From the NCBI RefSeq assembly GCF_036321535.1, contig NC_087437.1, forward strand, positions 30,382,001 through 30,446,000: a stretch of 64,000 nucleotides of DNA, in the 5' to 3' direction. Position numbers and translations under genes: made by a program. Of the stretch, positions 52,486 through 64,000 are shown in pieces. Below the pieces are notes generated by a model, which was given only the letters and a program-made list of their open reading frames with translations, ran no database searches and was not told the origin of the DNA. Source of the stretch: Camelus dromedarius (lineage: Eukaryota). The stretch's first letter is position 1. Each line of letters starts with the position of its first letter.

Positions 52486-52694
52486 AAATGAACAGTTCAG
52501 AGCTGAGTTCTACAACTGGCCAATTTCTTAGGTAAACTTTTAGAATTTTTATCTACCTTTTATCTTTGAAAATACCAGGATATAGAGAATTTCACTGTCA
52601 TTAGAACATAAACATATTAGTTTTAAAACATATATAAATGATCTTGTTTGAAAGAAAATAATAAAAGAGAGGCTATATCAATTATACTTCAAAA

Positions 52695-53055
52695 ATAAAC
52701 AAACTCCTAGAAAAAGGGATCCGATTTGTGGTTTCCAGAGGTGGAGTGGGGAATTGGATGAAGGCAATCAAAAGGTACAAACTTCCAACTATGAGATAAA
52801 TAAGTACCTTCAATATCTTATAGTAACCTATAATAAAGAATATAAAAATACATACATATATATAACTGAATAACTTTTCTGCACACCAGAAACTAACATA
52901 ACATTGTAAATCAACTTTAATTTTTAAAAAAAGATAAATAAGTACTAGGGATATAATGTACAACATGAAAAATATAAATAACACTGCTGTATGTTACATA
53001 TGAAAGTTGTTAACATACTAAATCCTAAAAGGTTTCATCAAAAAGAAAGTGTATT
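52695..53055 (+). mobile_element. Laurasiatherian-type L1 3' fragment
   Basis: AAACAAACTCCTAGAAAAAGGGATC...CAAAAGGTACAAACTTCC...AATAAGTACTAGGGATATAATGTACAACATG. Confidence 0.85.
52808..52931 (+). mobile_element. 124 bp younger L1 3' tip with perfect 14 bp TSD
   Basis: TSD AGATAAATAAGTAC at 52794-52807 and 52932-52945. Insert reads CAATATCTTATAGTAACCTATAAT...ACACCAGAAACTAACATAACATTGTAAATCAACT. Confidence 0.9.
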
Positions 53056-53499
53056 TTTGTATTTATTTTTTAATTGAAGTATAGTTGATTTACAATTTTA
53101 GTTTCACGTGTATAGCAAAGTGATTCAGTTATACATATAATATTTTCTTTTTCAGGTTCTTTTTCATTATAGGTTATTACAAGATATTGAATATAGTTCT
53201 CTGTGCTATACAGTAGATCCTTGTTGCTTATTTTATATATAATAGTGTGAATCTGTTAATCCCAAACTCCTAATTGATCCCTACTCCCCCTTCCCCTTTG
53301 CTAACCATAAGTCTGTTTTCTATGTCTGTGAGTTTACTTCTGTTTTGAAATAAGTTCATTCATGTAATATGTGGAATTTTTTAGATTCTACATATAAGTG
53401 ATATCATATATTTGTCTTTCTATGTTTGACTTACTTAGTATGATAATCTCTGGGTCCATCCATGTTGCTGCAAAAGGCATTATTTCATTCTTTTTTATG

Positions 53500-56400
53500 A
53501 CTGAGTAGTATTCTATTGTATACATATGCCACATCTTCTTTATCCAGGCATCTGTGATGGACGTTTAGGTTGATTTACATCTTGGCTATTATAAATAGTG
53601 CTGCTATTAACATTGGGGTGCATTTATCTTTTCAAATTAGCATTTTTGTCTTTTCTAGATATAGGCCAAGGAGTATGATTCCTGGATCATAAGGTAACTC
53701 TGTATTTAGTTTCTTAAGGAACCTCCATGCTATCCTTCTTAGTGACTACACGTTTACATTCCCACCAATAGTGCAGGAGGGTTCCTTTTCTTCCACAGTC
53801 TCCAGCATTTATTATTTGTAGATGTTTTAATGATGTTCTGACTGATGTGAAGTGATACCTCAATGTAGTTTTGATTTGCATTTCTCTCATAATTATTAAG
53901 GCTGAGCATCTTTTCATGTACCTGTTGGCCATCTGCATTTCTTCTTTAGAGAAATGTCTATTAAGGTCTTCTGCCCATTTTTTGATTTTTTTTTTTTTCC
54001 ATATTGACCTGTATGAGCTGTTTGTATATTTTGGAAATTAATCACTTGTCAGTTGCATTGTTTGCAAATGGTTTCTCCCATTCTGTAGGTTGTCTTTCCA
54101 TTTTGTTTATGGTTTCTTTTGGTGTGCAAAAGTTTTTAAGTTTAATTAGGTCCCATTTCTTCATTTTTGCTTTTATTTCCATTACTCCAGGAGCTGGTTC
54201 AAAAAATGTTATTGCTGTGATTGAAGTCGAAGTGTTTTCCCTGTATTTTTCTCTAGGAGTTTTATAGTATCTGGTCTTACATTTAGGTCTTTAATCCATT
54301 TTGAGTTTATTTTTGTATATTGTGTTAGAGAATGTTGTAATTTCACTCTTTTGCATGGAGCTGTCCAGTTTTCCCGGCTCCACTTATTGAAGAAACTGCC
54401 TTTTCTCCGTTGTATACTGTTGCTTCCTTTGTCATAGATTAATTGACCCTAAGTGTGTAGGTTTATTTTTGGGTTTTCTATCCTGTTCCATTGATATTAT
54501 ATGTCCATATTTGTGCCCATACTGTTTTGATTACTAGTTTTGTAGTATAGTCTGGAGCCACATAGCATGATTCCTCAAGTTATATTCTTCCTAAGATTGT
54601 TCTGGCTATTCAAAGTCTTTTGTGTTTCCATACAAATTTTAATTTTTTTTGTTCTAGTTTTGTGAAAAATGCCATTGGTAATTTGATAGGAATTGCACTG
54701 AATATGTAGGTTGTCTTGGGTAGTATGGTTATTTAAACCATACTGAAATTGAATCAGTAATTCAAAAACTCCCAACAAACAAAAGTCCAGGACCAGATGG
54801 CTTCACAAGTGATTCCAAGAACACGATGTATCTTTCCATCTGTTTATGTTGTCTTCAATTTCTTTTATCAGCATCTTACAGTTTTCCAAGTACAGGTCCT
54901 TTGCCTTAGATAGGTTTATTCCTAAGTATTTTATTCTTTTTGATGCAATGATAAATGATTGTTTCTGTAATTTCAATTTCTGGTATATTGTTATTAATGT
55001 ATAGAATGCAACAGATTTCTGTATCTTAATTTTGTATCCTGCAACTTCACCAAATTCACTGATGAGCTCTAGTAGTTTTCTGGTAGCATCTTCAGGATTT
55101 TCTATGTATAGTATCATGTCATCTGCAAACAATGACAGCTTTACTTCCTCCTTTCCAATTTGGGTTCCTTTTATTTCCTTTTATTCTGATTGCTGTGACT
55201 AGTGCTTCCATAACTATGGATAAAAATGATGAGACTGGGCATCCTTTCTTGTTACTGATCTTAGAGGGAATGCTTTCAGCTTTTTGCCATTGAGTATGAC
55301 ATTACCTGTGGGTTTGTCATATATGGCCTTTATTATGTTGAGGTGTGTTTCCTCTATGCCTACTTTTTGGAGAATTTTTTAAAAATCATAAATGGGTACT
55401 GAATTTTATCAAAACCTTTTTCTGCACCTATTGAGGTGATCATATTTTTTTTATTTCTCAATTTGTTAATGTGGTGTATCACATTGATTTGATGATACTG
55501 GAACATCCTTGCATCCCTGGGATAAATCCTACTTGAACACAGTGTATTATCCTTTCAATGTATTGTTGAATTAGGTTTACTAGTATTTTGTTAAGGATTT
55601 CTGCATCTATGTTCATCAGTGGTATTGGCCTGTATTTTCTTTTTTTGTGATATCTTTGTCTGGTTTTGGTATCAGGGTGATAGTGGCCCTATGGAATGAG
55701 TTTGGGAGTGTTCCTTCTTCTGCAATTTTTTGGAATAGTTTCAGAAGAACAGGTGTTAACTCATCTCTAAATGTCTGGTGGAATTCACTTGTGAAGCCAT
55801 CTTGTCCTGTACTTTTGTGTGTTGGGAGTTTTTAAATTACTGATTCAATTTCAGCACTGGTAACTGGTCTATTCATATTTTCTATTTCTCCTGGTTCAGT
55901 CTTGGGAGATTGTGCTCTTCTAAGGATTTGTCTTTTTCTTCTAGGTTGTCCATCTTATTGGCATGTAGTAGTCTTATTGGCTCATAGTAGTCTCTCATGA
56001 TCCTTGGTATTTCTGTGTTCACTTGTAACTTCTTTTTCATTTCTAATTTTATTGTTTTGGGTCCTCTTCCTTTTTTTCTTGATGGGGCTGACTGAAGGTT
56101 TCTCAATTTTGTTTATCTTTTCAAAGAACCAGATTTTAGTTATATTGATCTTTTCTATTTTTTTTTAATTCTCTATTTCATTTATTTCTGCTCTGATCTT
56201 TCATTTTTTTCCTTCTACTAACTTTGGGTTTTGTTTGTTTTCCTTTCTCTTCTTGTAAGTATAATTTTAGGTTGTTTATTTGAGATTTCTCTTGTTTCTT
56301 GAAGTAAGCTTGTACCTCTGTAAACTTCCCTCTTAGAACTGCTTTTGCTGCATCCCATATATTTTGGACCATTATGTTTTCATTTTCATTTGTCTCTAGG

Positions 56401-57204
56401 TTTTTTTTTTTTTTTTAATTTCCTCTTTGATTTCTTCAACTGTTTACTAGCATATTATTTAGCCTCCATGCATTTGTGTTTTTTGCAGTTTTTTCCTTGT
56501 TGATTTCTAGTTTCATAGTGTTGTGGTCAGAAAAGATGCCTGATATGATTTCAATTTTCTTAAGTTTACTGATGCTTGCTTTGTGGGCCAGCATGTGATC
56601 TATCCTGGAGAATGTTTGTGTGCACTTGGAAAGAATGTATATTCTGCTGCTTTCAGATAGAATGCTCTACAAATATCAATTAAGTCCATTCGATCTAATG
56701 TGTTATTTTTAAGGCCTGTGTTTCCTTGTTGATTTTTCTTTCTGGATGATCTGCTTATTGATGTAAGTGGGGTGTTAAAGTCCCCCACTATTATTGTGTT
56801 ACTGTTGATTTCTCCTTTTATGTCTGTTAATATTTGCCTTATATATTAAAGTGCTCCCATGTTGGGTGCATGTATATTTACAATTGTTATGTCTTCTTGG
56901 ATTGATCCCTAGATGATTATGTCATGTTCTTGTCTATTGTAACAGTCTTTGTTTTGAAGTCTATTTTGTCTGTTGTAAGTATTGCTACTCTAGTTTTCTT
57001 TTGATTTTCATTTACATGGAATATCATTTTTGTTCTGTTTATTTTCTGTCTGTATGTGCCTCCAGATCTGAAGTAGTTCTCTTGTAGGCAACATATACAT
57101 GGGTCTTGTTTCTGTATCCATTCAGCCAGTCTATGTCTTTTGGTTGGAGCATTTAGTCTCTTTACATTGAAGGTAATAATCAATATATATGTTCTTATTA
57201 CCAT
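53500..57204 (-). pseudogene. L1 ORF2p (endonuclease/reverse transcriptase) remnant with many frameshifts
   Basis: IITFNVKRLNAPTKRHRLAEWIQKQDPCICCLQE (EN), [33 protein letters not shown] (RT), [18 protein letters not shown]. Confidence 0.9.
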
Positions 57205-57499
57205 TTTGTTGACTGTTTTGGATTTGTTTTTTTAGGTCATTTTTCTCCATTCTTCTCTTCTCTTTTCATTTGATGACTAATATCCTTAGTGTTAGGTTTA
57301 GATTTCTTTTTCTTTTTTTGTGTGTGTATATCTACTATGTATTTTTGGTTTGCAGTTACCATGCAGTTTTTGAATAGCAGACTATATATACATATAATTG
57401 TTTTAAGTTGCTGATCTCTTAATTTCAAATACATTTTTAAAATCCTGCATTTGTGCTCTCCTCCCCTCACTGTTTTTAATATCGTATTTTACATCTAAT

Positions 57500-58550
57500 T
57501 GTTTTGTGCATCCCTTCACTTCTTATTGTGGATAAAGATGGCTTTATTATTTTTGTCTATAACCTCCCAACTAGCTTTGTGTGTGAACGATTTCCTACCT
57601 TTACTGTATGTTTTCCTTTACTGGTGAGTTCTTCCATTTCAGAATTTTCTTGTTTCTAGTTATAGCCTTTTCTTTTTTGCCTAGAGAAGTTTCTTTTTAC
57701 CAACATTTACAACATTTGTTGTAAAGCTAATTTTGTGGTCCTAAATTCTTCTAGATTTTGCTTGTCTATAAAGCTTTTGATTTCTCCATCAAATCTGAAT
57801 GAGAGTCCTGCCAGGTAGGTGGTTCTTTGTTGTAGGCTCTTCCCTTCCATCACTTTAAATATATTGTGCCACTCCCTTCTGGCCTGCAGAATTTCCCTTG
57901 TATGTTATTTACTGCTTTTCTCTTGCTGCTGTCAATATTCTCTCCTTATCTTTAATTTTTGCCATTTTAATTACAACATGTCTTCGTGTGTTTCTCTTTG
58001 GATTAATCCTGTATGGGACTTTATGAGCTTTTTGAAATTGGGTAACCATTTCTTTTCCCAAGTTAGGGAAATTTTCAGCTATTGTCTCTTCAAATATTTT
58101 CTCAGGCCCTTTCTCTCTCGTCTCCTCTGGGATCCCTATAATGTGGAAATCAGTGCTCTTCATGTTGTCCCAGAGGTCTCTCAGACTGCCCTCATTTCTT
58201 TTTATTCTTTTGTTGTTGTTGTTCAACAAAACAGCAGTGATTTTCATTACTCTGACTTTCAGCTCACTGATTCCATTTTCTGTATAATTTAGTCTACTAT
58301 TGATTCCTCCTAGTGTATTTTTTATTTCAGTTATTGAATTCTTTGTCTCTGGTGGTTTTCCATATTTTCTCACTCTTCATTAAAAACTTCTAACTTCTCA
58401 CTCTGTGCATCTATTCTTCTCCTTTATTCTTTGATCATCTTTATGATCATTACTCTAAACTCCTTCTCAAAGTAGACTGCCTATCTCACTAGTTCATCTG
58501 GGATTTTATCTTGTCTTGTCTGGAACATATTCCTCTGCCACCTCATTTTG
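57500..58550 (-). pseudogene. L1 ORF1p remnant
   Basis: ORF 57909-58373: ITEIKNTLGGINSRL...SLRDLWDNMK...IIGIPEE...IAENFPNL...RINPKRNTRRHVVIKM...KERILTAAREK. Confidence 0.9.
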
Positions 58551-59178
58551 TCTAAGTTGCTATTTGTATTTTATATATGTGGTAGGTTAGTTATGTCTCT
58601 CAAACTTGGGGAAGGGGCCTTCTGTGGAAACATCCTATGCACCCCAGTAGTGTACTCCCCTCTCATCACCCAAGCTATACACTCTAGGGGTTTCTCCTAA
58701 AAGAGCTGTGTGAGTCCTTCTGTTGTAGGGGGCTGACTATGTGAAGTCTGATAGGATTGTCTGGCCTTCCGTCTCATTGGTTGCCAGGCTCTGCCCTGTC
58801 CAGATGCTGCTGGATGCTATTTAGTGGAGCCTGGTCACAAGGTGGCTGGGTGCAGAGCCCTAGACAGCCCCAAGTCTGCTAATGGCTCACTGGTGGGCAG
58901 AGGCAGGGTCCCAAAGGCTCTGGAGCTGTTGCCCACTTACTGGCAGGTGAAGGCAGATCCTGGGGTTAATGCTGGACTACTGGCAGTCAGTGCTGGTTCC
59001 TGGAGTCTGGCTACAGGGCCCAGGGGTCCCAGTGCTAATTTCAGATCGTTGGGTATGGGGGCTGGGTGCCCCAAAGGTTGTACTGGCCTGCTACTGGGGA
59101 CAGGACCCAGCTGGTCCCAGGGTAGGGTCCGGCGGCTGTTGGCAGACTCAGTTTGCAGGCTATGGGATCATAGTTTTC

Positions 59179-60153
59179 CTTTTTTTAATATATTTTATTG
59201 AAGTACAGTCAGTTTACAATGTTGTGTCAATTTCTGGTGTACAGCATAATATTTCAGTCACACAGGAACATACATACATTTGTTCTCATATTCTTCACCA
59301 TAGGTTACTACAAGATATTGAATATGGTTTCCTGTGCTATACAGTATAAGCTTGTGGTTTATCTATTTTAGTATCTGCAAATCTCAAACCCCCAATTTAT
59401 CCCTTCTCACCCCCATCTGTCCGTGGTAACCATAAGTTTGTTTTCTATGTCTGTGAGTCTGTTTCTGTTTTGAAATAAGTTGGTTTTTTTTTTAAATCAC
59501 ATATAGGTGTTATCATGTGGTTTTTTTTTTCCTCTTTCTGACTCATTTCACTTAGAATGACATTTTCCAGGTTCATCCATGTTGCTGCAAATGGCATTTT
59601 ATTTTTATGGCTGAGTAGTATTCCATTGTATAAATATACCACAGCTTCTTTTATCCAGTCATATGTTGATGGACGTTTAGGTTGTTTTCATGTCTTGGCT
59701 ATTGTAAATAGTGCTTCTATGAACATTGGCGTACATGTATCTTTTCAAATTAGAGTTTCCTCTGGATATATGCCCAGGAGCGGGATTCTTGGGTCATATG
59801 GTAAGTCTATTTTTAGTCTTTTGAAGACCCTCCATACTGTTTTCCGTAACAGCTGCACCAAACTCATTCTCACCAACAGTGCAGGAGGGCTCCATTTTCT
59901 CCACACCCTTGGCAGCATTTATCATTTGTGGACTTCTGAATGATGGCCATTCTGACTGGTGTGAGGTGATATCTCACTGTAGTTTTGGTTTGTTTCTCTG
60001 AGAATTAGTGATATTGAGCATTTTTTCATGTGTCTATTGGCCATTTGTATGTCTTCGTTAGAGAATTGCTTGTTTAGATCTTCTACCTATTTTTGGATTG
60101 GGTTGTTTGGTTTTTTCTTATTAAGTTGTATGAGCTGTTTATATATTCCAGAG
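59179..60153 (-). mobile_element. 5'-truncated younger L1 (E) nested in the 5' UTR of host D
   Basis: Identical 17 bp TSD ATGGGATCATAGTTTTC at 59162-59178 and 60154-60170. Confidence 0.95.
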
Positions 60154-60617
60154 ATGGGATCATAGTTTTCTTGCTTCTCGTGTCTGCCCCCTGCTTTGCA
60201 AGGCTGGTCTAGAGGTTTGTGAAGGCTCCCTGGTGGGACCCATGCCTTCTCACTGGTGGGTGCAGCTGGGTCTTGGCCCTCTGGTGGGCAGGCCATGTCT
60301 AGTGGTATTCTAGAGGTGGCTATAGCTCAGGAAGTCTTAAGGCAGTCTGTCTGCTGATGGCGGGGGCTGTGTTGCTTCCCAGTTAGTTTTCTGGCCTGAG
60401 GGGTCCTAGCAGTGGCTCCTACAGGCTGTTGGTTGGGTCCACGTCTTATTTCTAATGAGCCAAGAATGGCAACCATCAGGAGCTGTGTTCACATGGTTGA
60501 ATGTTCCCAAGTATGTCTGCCACCAGTGTCTATGTCCTCAGGGAGAGCCACAACCATCCCTGCCTCTCCAGGAGATTCTCTAGCAGGTAGGTCTGGCCCA
60601 GGCTTTTACTGAATTAC

Positions 60618-60698
60618 TAGTAATAGTAATAGTAATAGTAATAGTAATAGTAATAGTAATAGTAATAGCAATAGCAATAGTAATAGTAATAGTAGTAA
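60618..60698. repeat. (TAGTAA)n hexanucleotide repeat
   Basis: (TAGTAA)8(TAGCAA)2(TAGTAA)2 TAG TAGTAA. Confidence 0.95.
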
Positions 60699-61337
60699 TT
60701 CAACAAGAGTGAAGTCTCTACTTTTCCCAGTCCTGTGGGGCTCCTGAAATTAAGCATCACAGGCATTCAAAGTCAAATGCTCTGGGGACTTGTCTTCCCA
60801 GTGCTGGACCCCCAGGCTGGAGAGTCTGAGATGGGGCTCAGAACTCTCACTCCTGTGGGAGAACCCCTGCAGTATAGCTATTCTCCAGTTTGTGGGTTGC
60901 CCACCTGGGAGGTGTGGGGTTTGACTATACTGTGAGTCCACCTCTCTTATCCATGTCCTTGTGGTTCCTTTATCTCTTTAGTTGTAGAAGATCTTTTCTG
61001 GTAAGGTTCCAGTTTTTTTCATTGATGGTTGTTCTGCAGTTAGTTGTGATTTTGGTGTGCTCGTGAGAGGAGGTGAGCTTAGGGTCTTTCTACTCCCTCA
61101 TCTTGGCCACTCCTCTCTACCCACTTGTTCCTGCTCTTAAAGTCTTCCTTGACTCCTGTCTTTGCAGAGATCTGCCCTGCAATGCCTGCCCTTAGTAAAC
61201 ATTTCACTAATTTGTGGTTTTCCTAGGTGGACTTGTTTTTCCCTCTGTGCTTCCTCTAGTCCCACTTGCTCACTGGGTACGTGCAGAGGCCTCACTCCCA
61301 GCCCTTCAGGCCAGAGTTCCTTATGCGAAAATCTAGG

Positions 61338-61492
61338 TTTTTAATTGTATATCTGTATGAGCTGACTGTTCACTAAACTTACTGTGATAATCATTTCATG
61401 ATGTGTGTGGGTCAAATCATTATGCTGTACCCATAAAACTTAGTGCCATATGTCAATTATAGTCTCTTTTCTTCCAGTTATATTGAGATATA
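61338..61492 (+). mobile_element. Short L1 3' end with inverted terminus, probably inside an L2 3' end
   Basis: GTTCACTAAACTTACTGTGATAATCATTTCATGATG...TGTCAATTAT, then an antisense tail TTTTCTTCCAGTTATATTGAGATA. Confidence 0.75.
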
Positions 61493-62562
61493 TCTAAGTT
61501 TTATTTAATTGTATAGTATAGTTTCCAGGAGCTCAACAAATATTTTTAGCTGAAAGATAATAGTCTATTTTTTAAGTTTTAAGTTTTAAGATCAAGGAGG
61601 AGGGGAAATACATGCTAACAAGAAAGCCAGTATCGTCTTTTGAAAGGGGCAAAAAACCCCTTTTTTGAAACATCATTAGATGAAAGGAAATCAGTAACAC
61701 TTGTTTTACTTCTATTAACTTTTTTATCCCAAAGCCCAAGAGTCCTGTATAGTGGTGATCTTAGATCAAAAAAGTACATCTTACGTTAGTTTCTCTGCCT
61801 CTCCATGCTGTGATTTCTTTTCAAGTGGCAGCTGTCTTGTATTTGCTCTTGCATACACTTCTTAACATAATACTAAGTGAAATCAGATGAGGAAAGAAAA
61901 TCATTATTAAAAAAAATCTCAAAGCCTTCACAGGTCTTTAAACCTTGTTACAGACCCTATTTTGGTTTCCTAAAGTAACTCAAAGCAAAGAATTCTACTG
62001 TACTATACATTTTAATTTTCTTTTATTTACTCCAAGCTTCTTACATATATATATATGTAATTCCAACCGCCATCAGAATTAAGTCACTATTTACACATTC
62101 TTTTCTTGAGAGTAAGTAGATTGTTTTTTTTTTTTTTTTTTGGTTTATTGACTGCAGTGTTAACCAAAGGTTGTAGCAGGTATGTGCTGTTTTATCAGAC
62201 AATATTCTTTTAAATATGTATTTCAATGAATTTGAGCAGGAAGGAGTGAACTCCCCATTTGTTCACAAGGTTGTCACTATTTACTGTTTTCTTACGTTGG
62301 TTTTCCATCACTCTCCTCTGCTACCTTGCTGTCCCCAAAGACATGTGAATTATGGGACCTGTGAATTATCGATGTGTGTATTAACACAGAATTCACCACA
62401 ACTAAATTAGTGTCAGATTGAGAAAGAGCAAAAAACCATTTTGTAATCTTTAACTTAAAAAGAAATTCATGGATTTCAAAGAAACAGACTGTGTCAAGAT
62501 TTTTATTGATACATGACCAAGCTGAGATGCTATTTTAGGAACGTTAGAGAGATGACTTGGAG

Positions 62563-62750
62563 AGAGTGGTTCTTAAACAATCATGCTCAGACTTATCTGG
62601 AAAACTTGCAGAAATACCGATTGCTGGGCCCTACATCTAAAGTTCCTGAATTCAGTGACCCTGCAGTCCAGCCAAATATTTGCCTTTCTAACAGGTTCCC
62701 AGATAATGCCGATACTACTTGTTCAAGGGGCCAGATTTTGAGAACTACTC
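62563..62750. mobile_element. MER5A-like hAT MITE
   Basis: AGTGGTTCTTAAA...GATTGCTGGGCCC...TTTCTAACAGGTTCCCAGATAATGC...TTTGAGAACTACT, with terminal inverted repeats. Confidence 0.85.
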
Positions 62751-64000
62751 AAGTAAGAAATACCCAGAAACATGAAATTGTCTTAAGCAGAAGGATACCT
62801 CTTTGTCAGATTTCTCTTTCAGGACACACACACAGCTACAGAGACTATTTTCTTTACTAAATGATTAAAATTCCTTTAGATAGTCTAGTGAGAGCAATGA
62901 TGATAGCAGTAAATTACTGGAAAGGATATAAGATTTAGAAGGGTTAGAAAGAGGGTTTGAGGGGCAGGCTTTATGAATACAGAGCACACTGACTGGAGAG
63001 AAACCAGTCTCTACCCAGTCAACCCCAAACGACAATATAGCTCTGGATACTTATTTGCAAAGATGATTCCTATTACACAGATCCCTGATCTGACTGTGAA
63101 ACATTTTTATCAACTTGCTAGGGAAAAAAACCCAAATCTCTGTTACTCTTTCAATTAACTACAACGCGATTTATAACTACTGAGCCTTTATGTTTGCATC
63201 ATTCTTCAAGTCCTTCTATAGGCTGTCACCAACTCATACACCATCCATCCCAAGGACAGAGGAACTCCACCAGTTATTCCAGGATTTTTCCTTTACTGTT
63301 TCTTAGACTAAGACAATTAATCTGAAGGGCACTAATGCTTTCACTATCTATCTGGGCTATGTCCTCCCCATAAAAGAAATTCCAGTTGATCACTGCTAAG
63401 TAAAATTCTCAGGCAATGAGTTTCAAATGCTTCTCAGTAACTAAACTTCTTAATGTGGTATCAAAGAAAATTCGGATATAGTTTGAAAATGTAACAGGGA
63501 GCTCTGCCCTACACTTGACCCCGGGTCTGCTTTCCTCCAGATGATGCATCACAAAACCTTGCTGTCTGCTTTGATGCCACTTTGTTCCTATTACCTGACA
63601 TGTTTACACACCGTGTCACTTTTCTTCTCAGTTTTCCTTGACACTAACTGTGGCCGTAAAGTTACAAAAATTAATAAGTTGCTGCTGCTGTTATGGCTTT
63701 TAAACCTCTGTGGAATCCTGGATTAGTCACCACTGAAATGCCCACTGGATTATTTTTTCTCTTTTCTCTAAAGTGGATTTATGTAGATCTAGACCCTTAA
63801 GGACATCTTCTGTAGGATTACTTCTGTGGGTATTTTTGCATCATTTCTAAGTCCTAGGACAGTGAAGCAAAGTCTCTAAACTTGAAAGTTTTAAAGTCAT
63901 CAGTTTCTAGAGGCAGGTACCAGGCCACCCGCAGTGAGACTTTCAGAGCTCCCACATCGTTGTCACTGAATGCTGCCTCCAATGGATATGCTATCAACAA

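Larger units (their letters stand above)
53056..61112 (-). mobile_element. Full-length LINE-1 (host D), inactivated
   Basis: 3' UTR, ORF2 (EN start at 57204, [10 protein letters not shown] motif at ~55130), ORF1 and GC-rich 5' UTR in the expected order. 5' end TCTACTCCCTCATCTTGGCC. Confidence 0.95.

Noticed and set aside
60618..60698. CRISPR-like or telomere-like array
   Set aside because: No spacers and the unit is not TTAGGG. It is a simple hexamer repeat in mammalian DNA.
53056..61112. Potentially active L1
   Set aside because: ORF1 and ORF2 are fragmented by stops and frameshifts, and the 5' UTR is interrupted and CpG-decayed.
61113..61337. Possible 225 bp 5' transduction carried by full-length L1 D, since the plus-strand L1 broken at ~53055 seems to resume at 61338
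   Set aside because: This segment has L2-like motifs (AAGTCTTCCTTGACTCC, CCCTCTGTGCTTCC, GAGTTCCTT) that continue into an L2 3' end at 61515-61560 (GGAGCTCAACAAATATTT). The 61338 L1 piece also has its own TSD-like flanks. It is more likely native flank. An outgroup alignment would settle it.

Overview
Mammalian, non-coding, AT-rich and CpG-depleted DNA, most likely from a camelid, judged from two tRNA-derived SINEs with the camelid (Vic-1-type) layout. I can support no cellular protein-coding exon, RNA gene or CRISPR array. The ORFs I can recognise are broken LINE-1 ORF1/ORF2 pieces; the rest are antisense L1, LTR or microsatellite read-throughs or unrecognisable short ORFs. More than half of the window is transposon-derived. 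It holds two near-full-length minus-strand L1s (about 30523-38968 and 53056-61112), each carrying younger nested L1s with readable target-site duplications (TSDs), plus further L1 fragments, L2, MIR, ERVL/MaLR LTRs and hAT MITEs. Almost all long L1s lie on the minus strand, which suggests an intron of a plus-strand gene. I found no new biological system. The most interesting signals are small molecular scars: a templated inverted insertion inside an L1, a microsatellite apparently born by fold-back synthesis, a ~70 bp ectopic duplication between two old L1 relics, an L1 inserted into another L1's poly(A) tail, a micro-inverted L1 tail, and a few candidate regulatory or splice elements in repeat-free DNA. 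Repeat family names come from recalled consensus sequences, not a database search. Boundaries are approximate unless a TSD is quoted.
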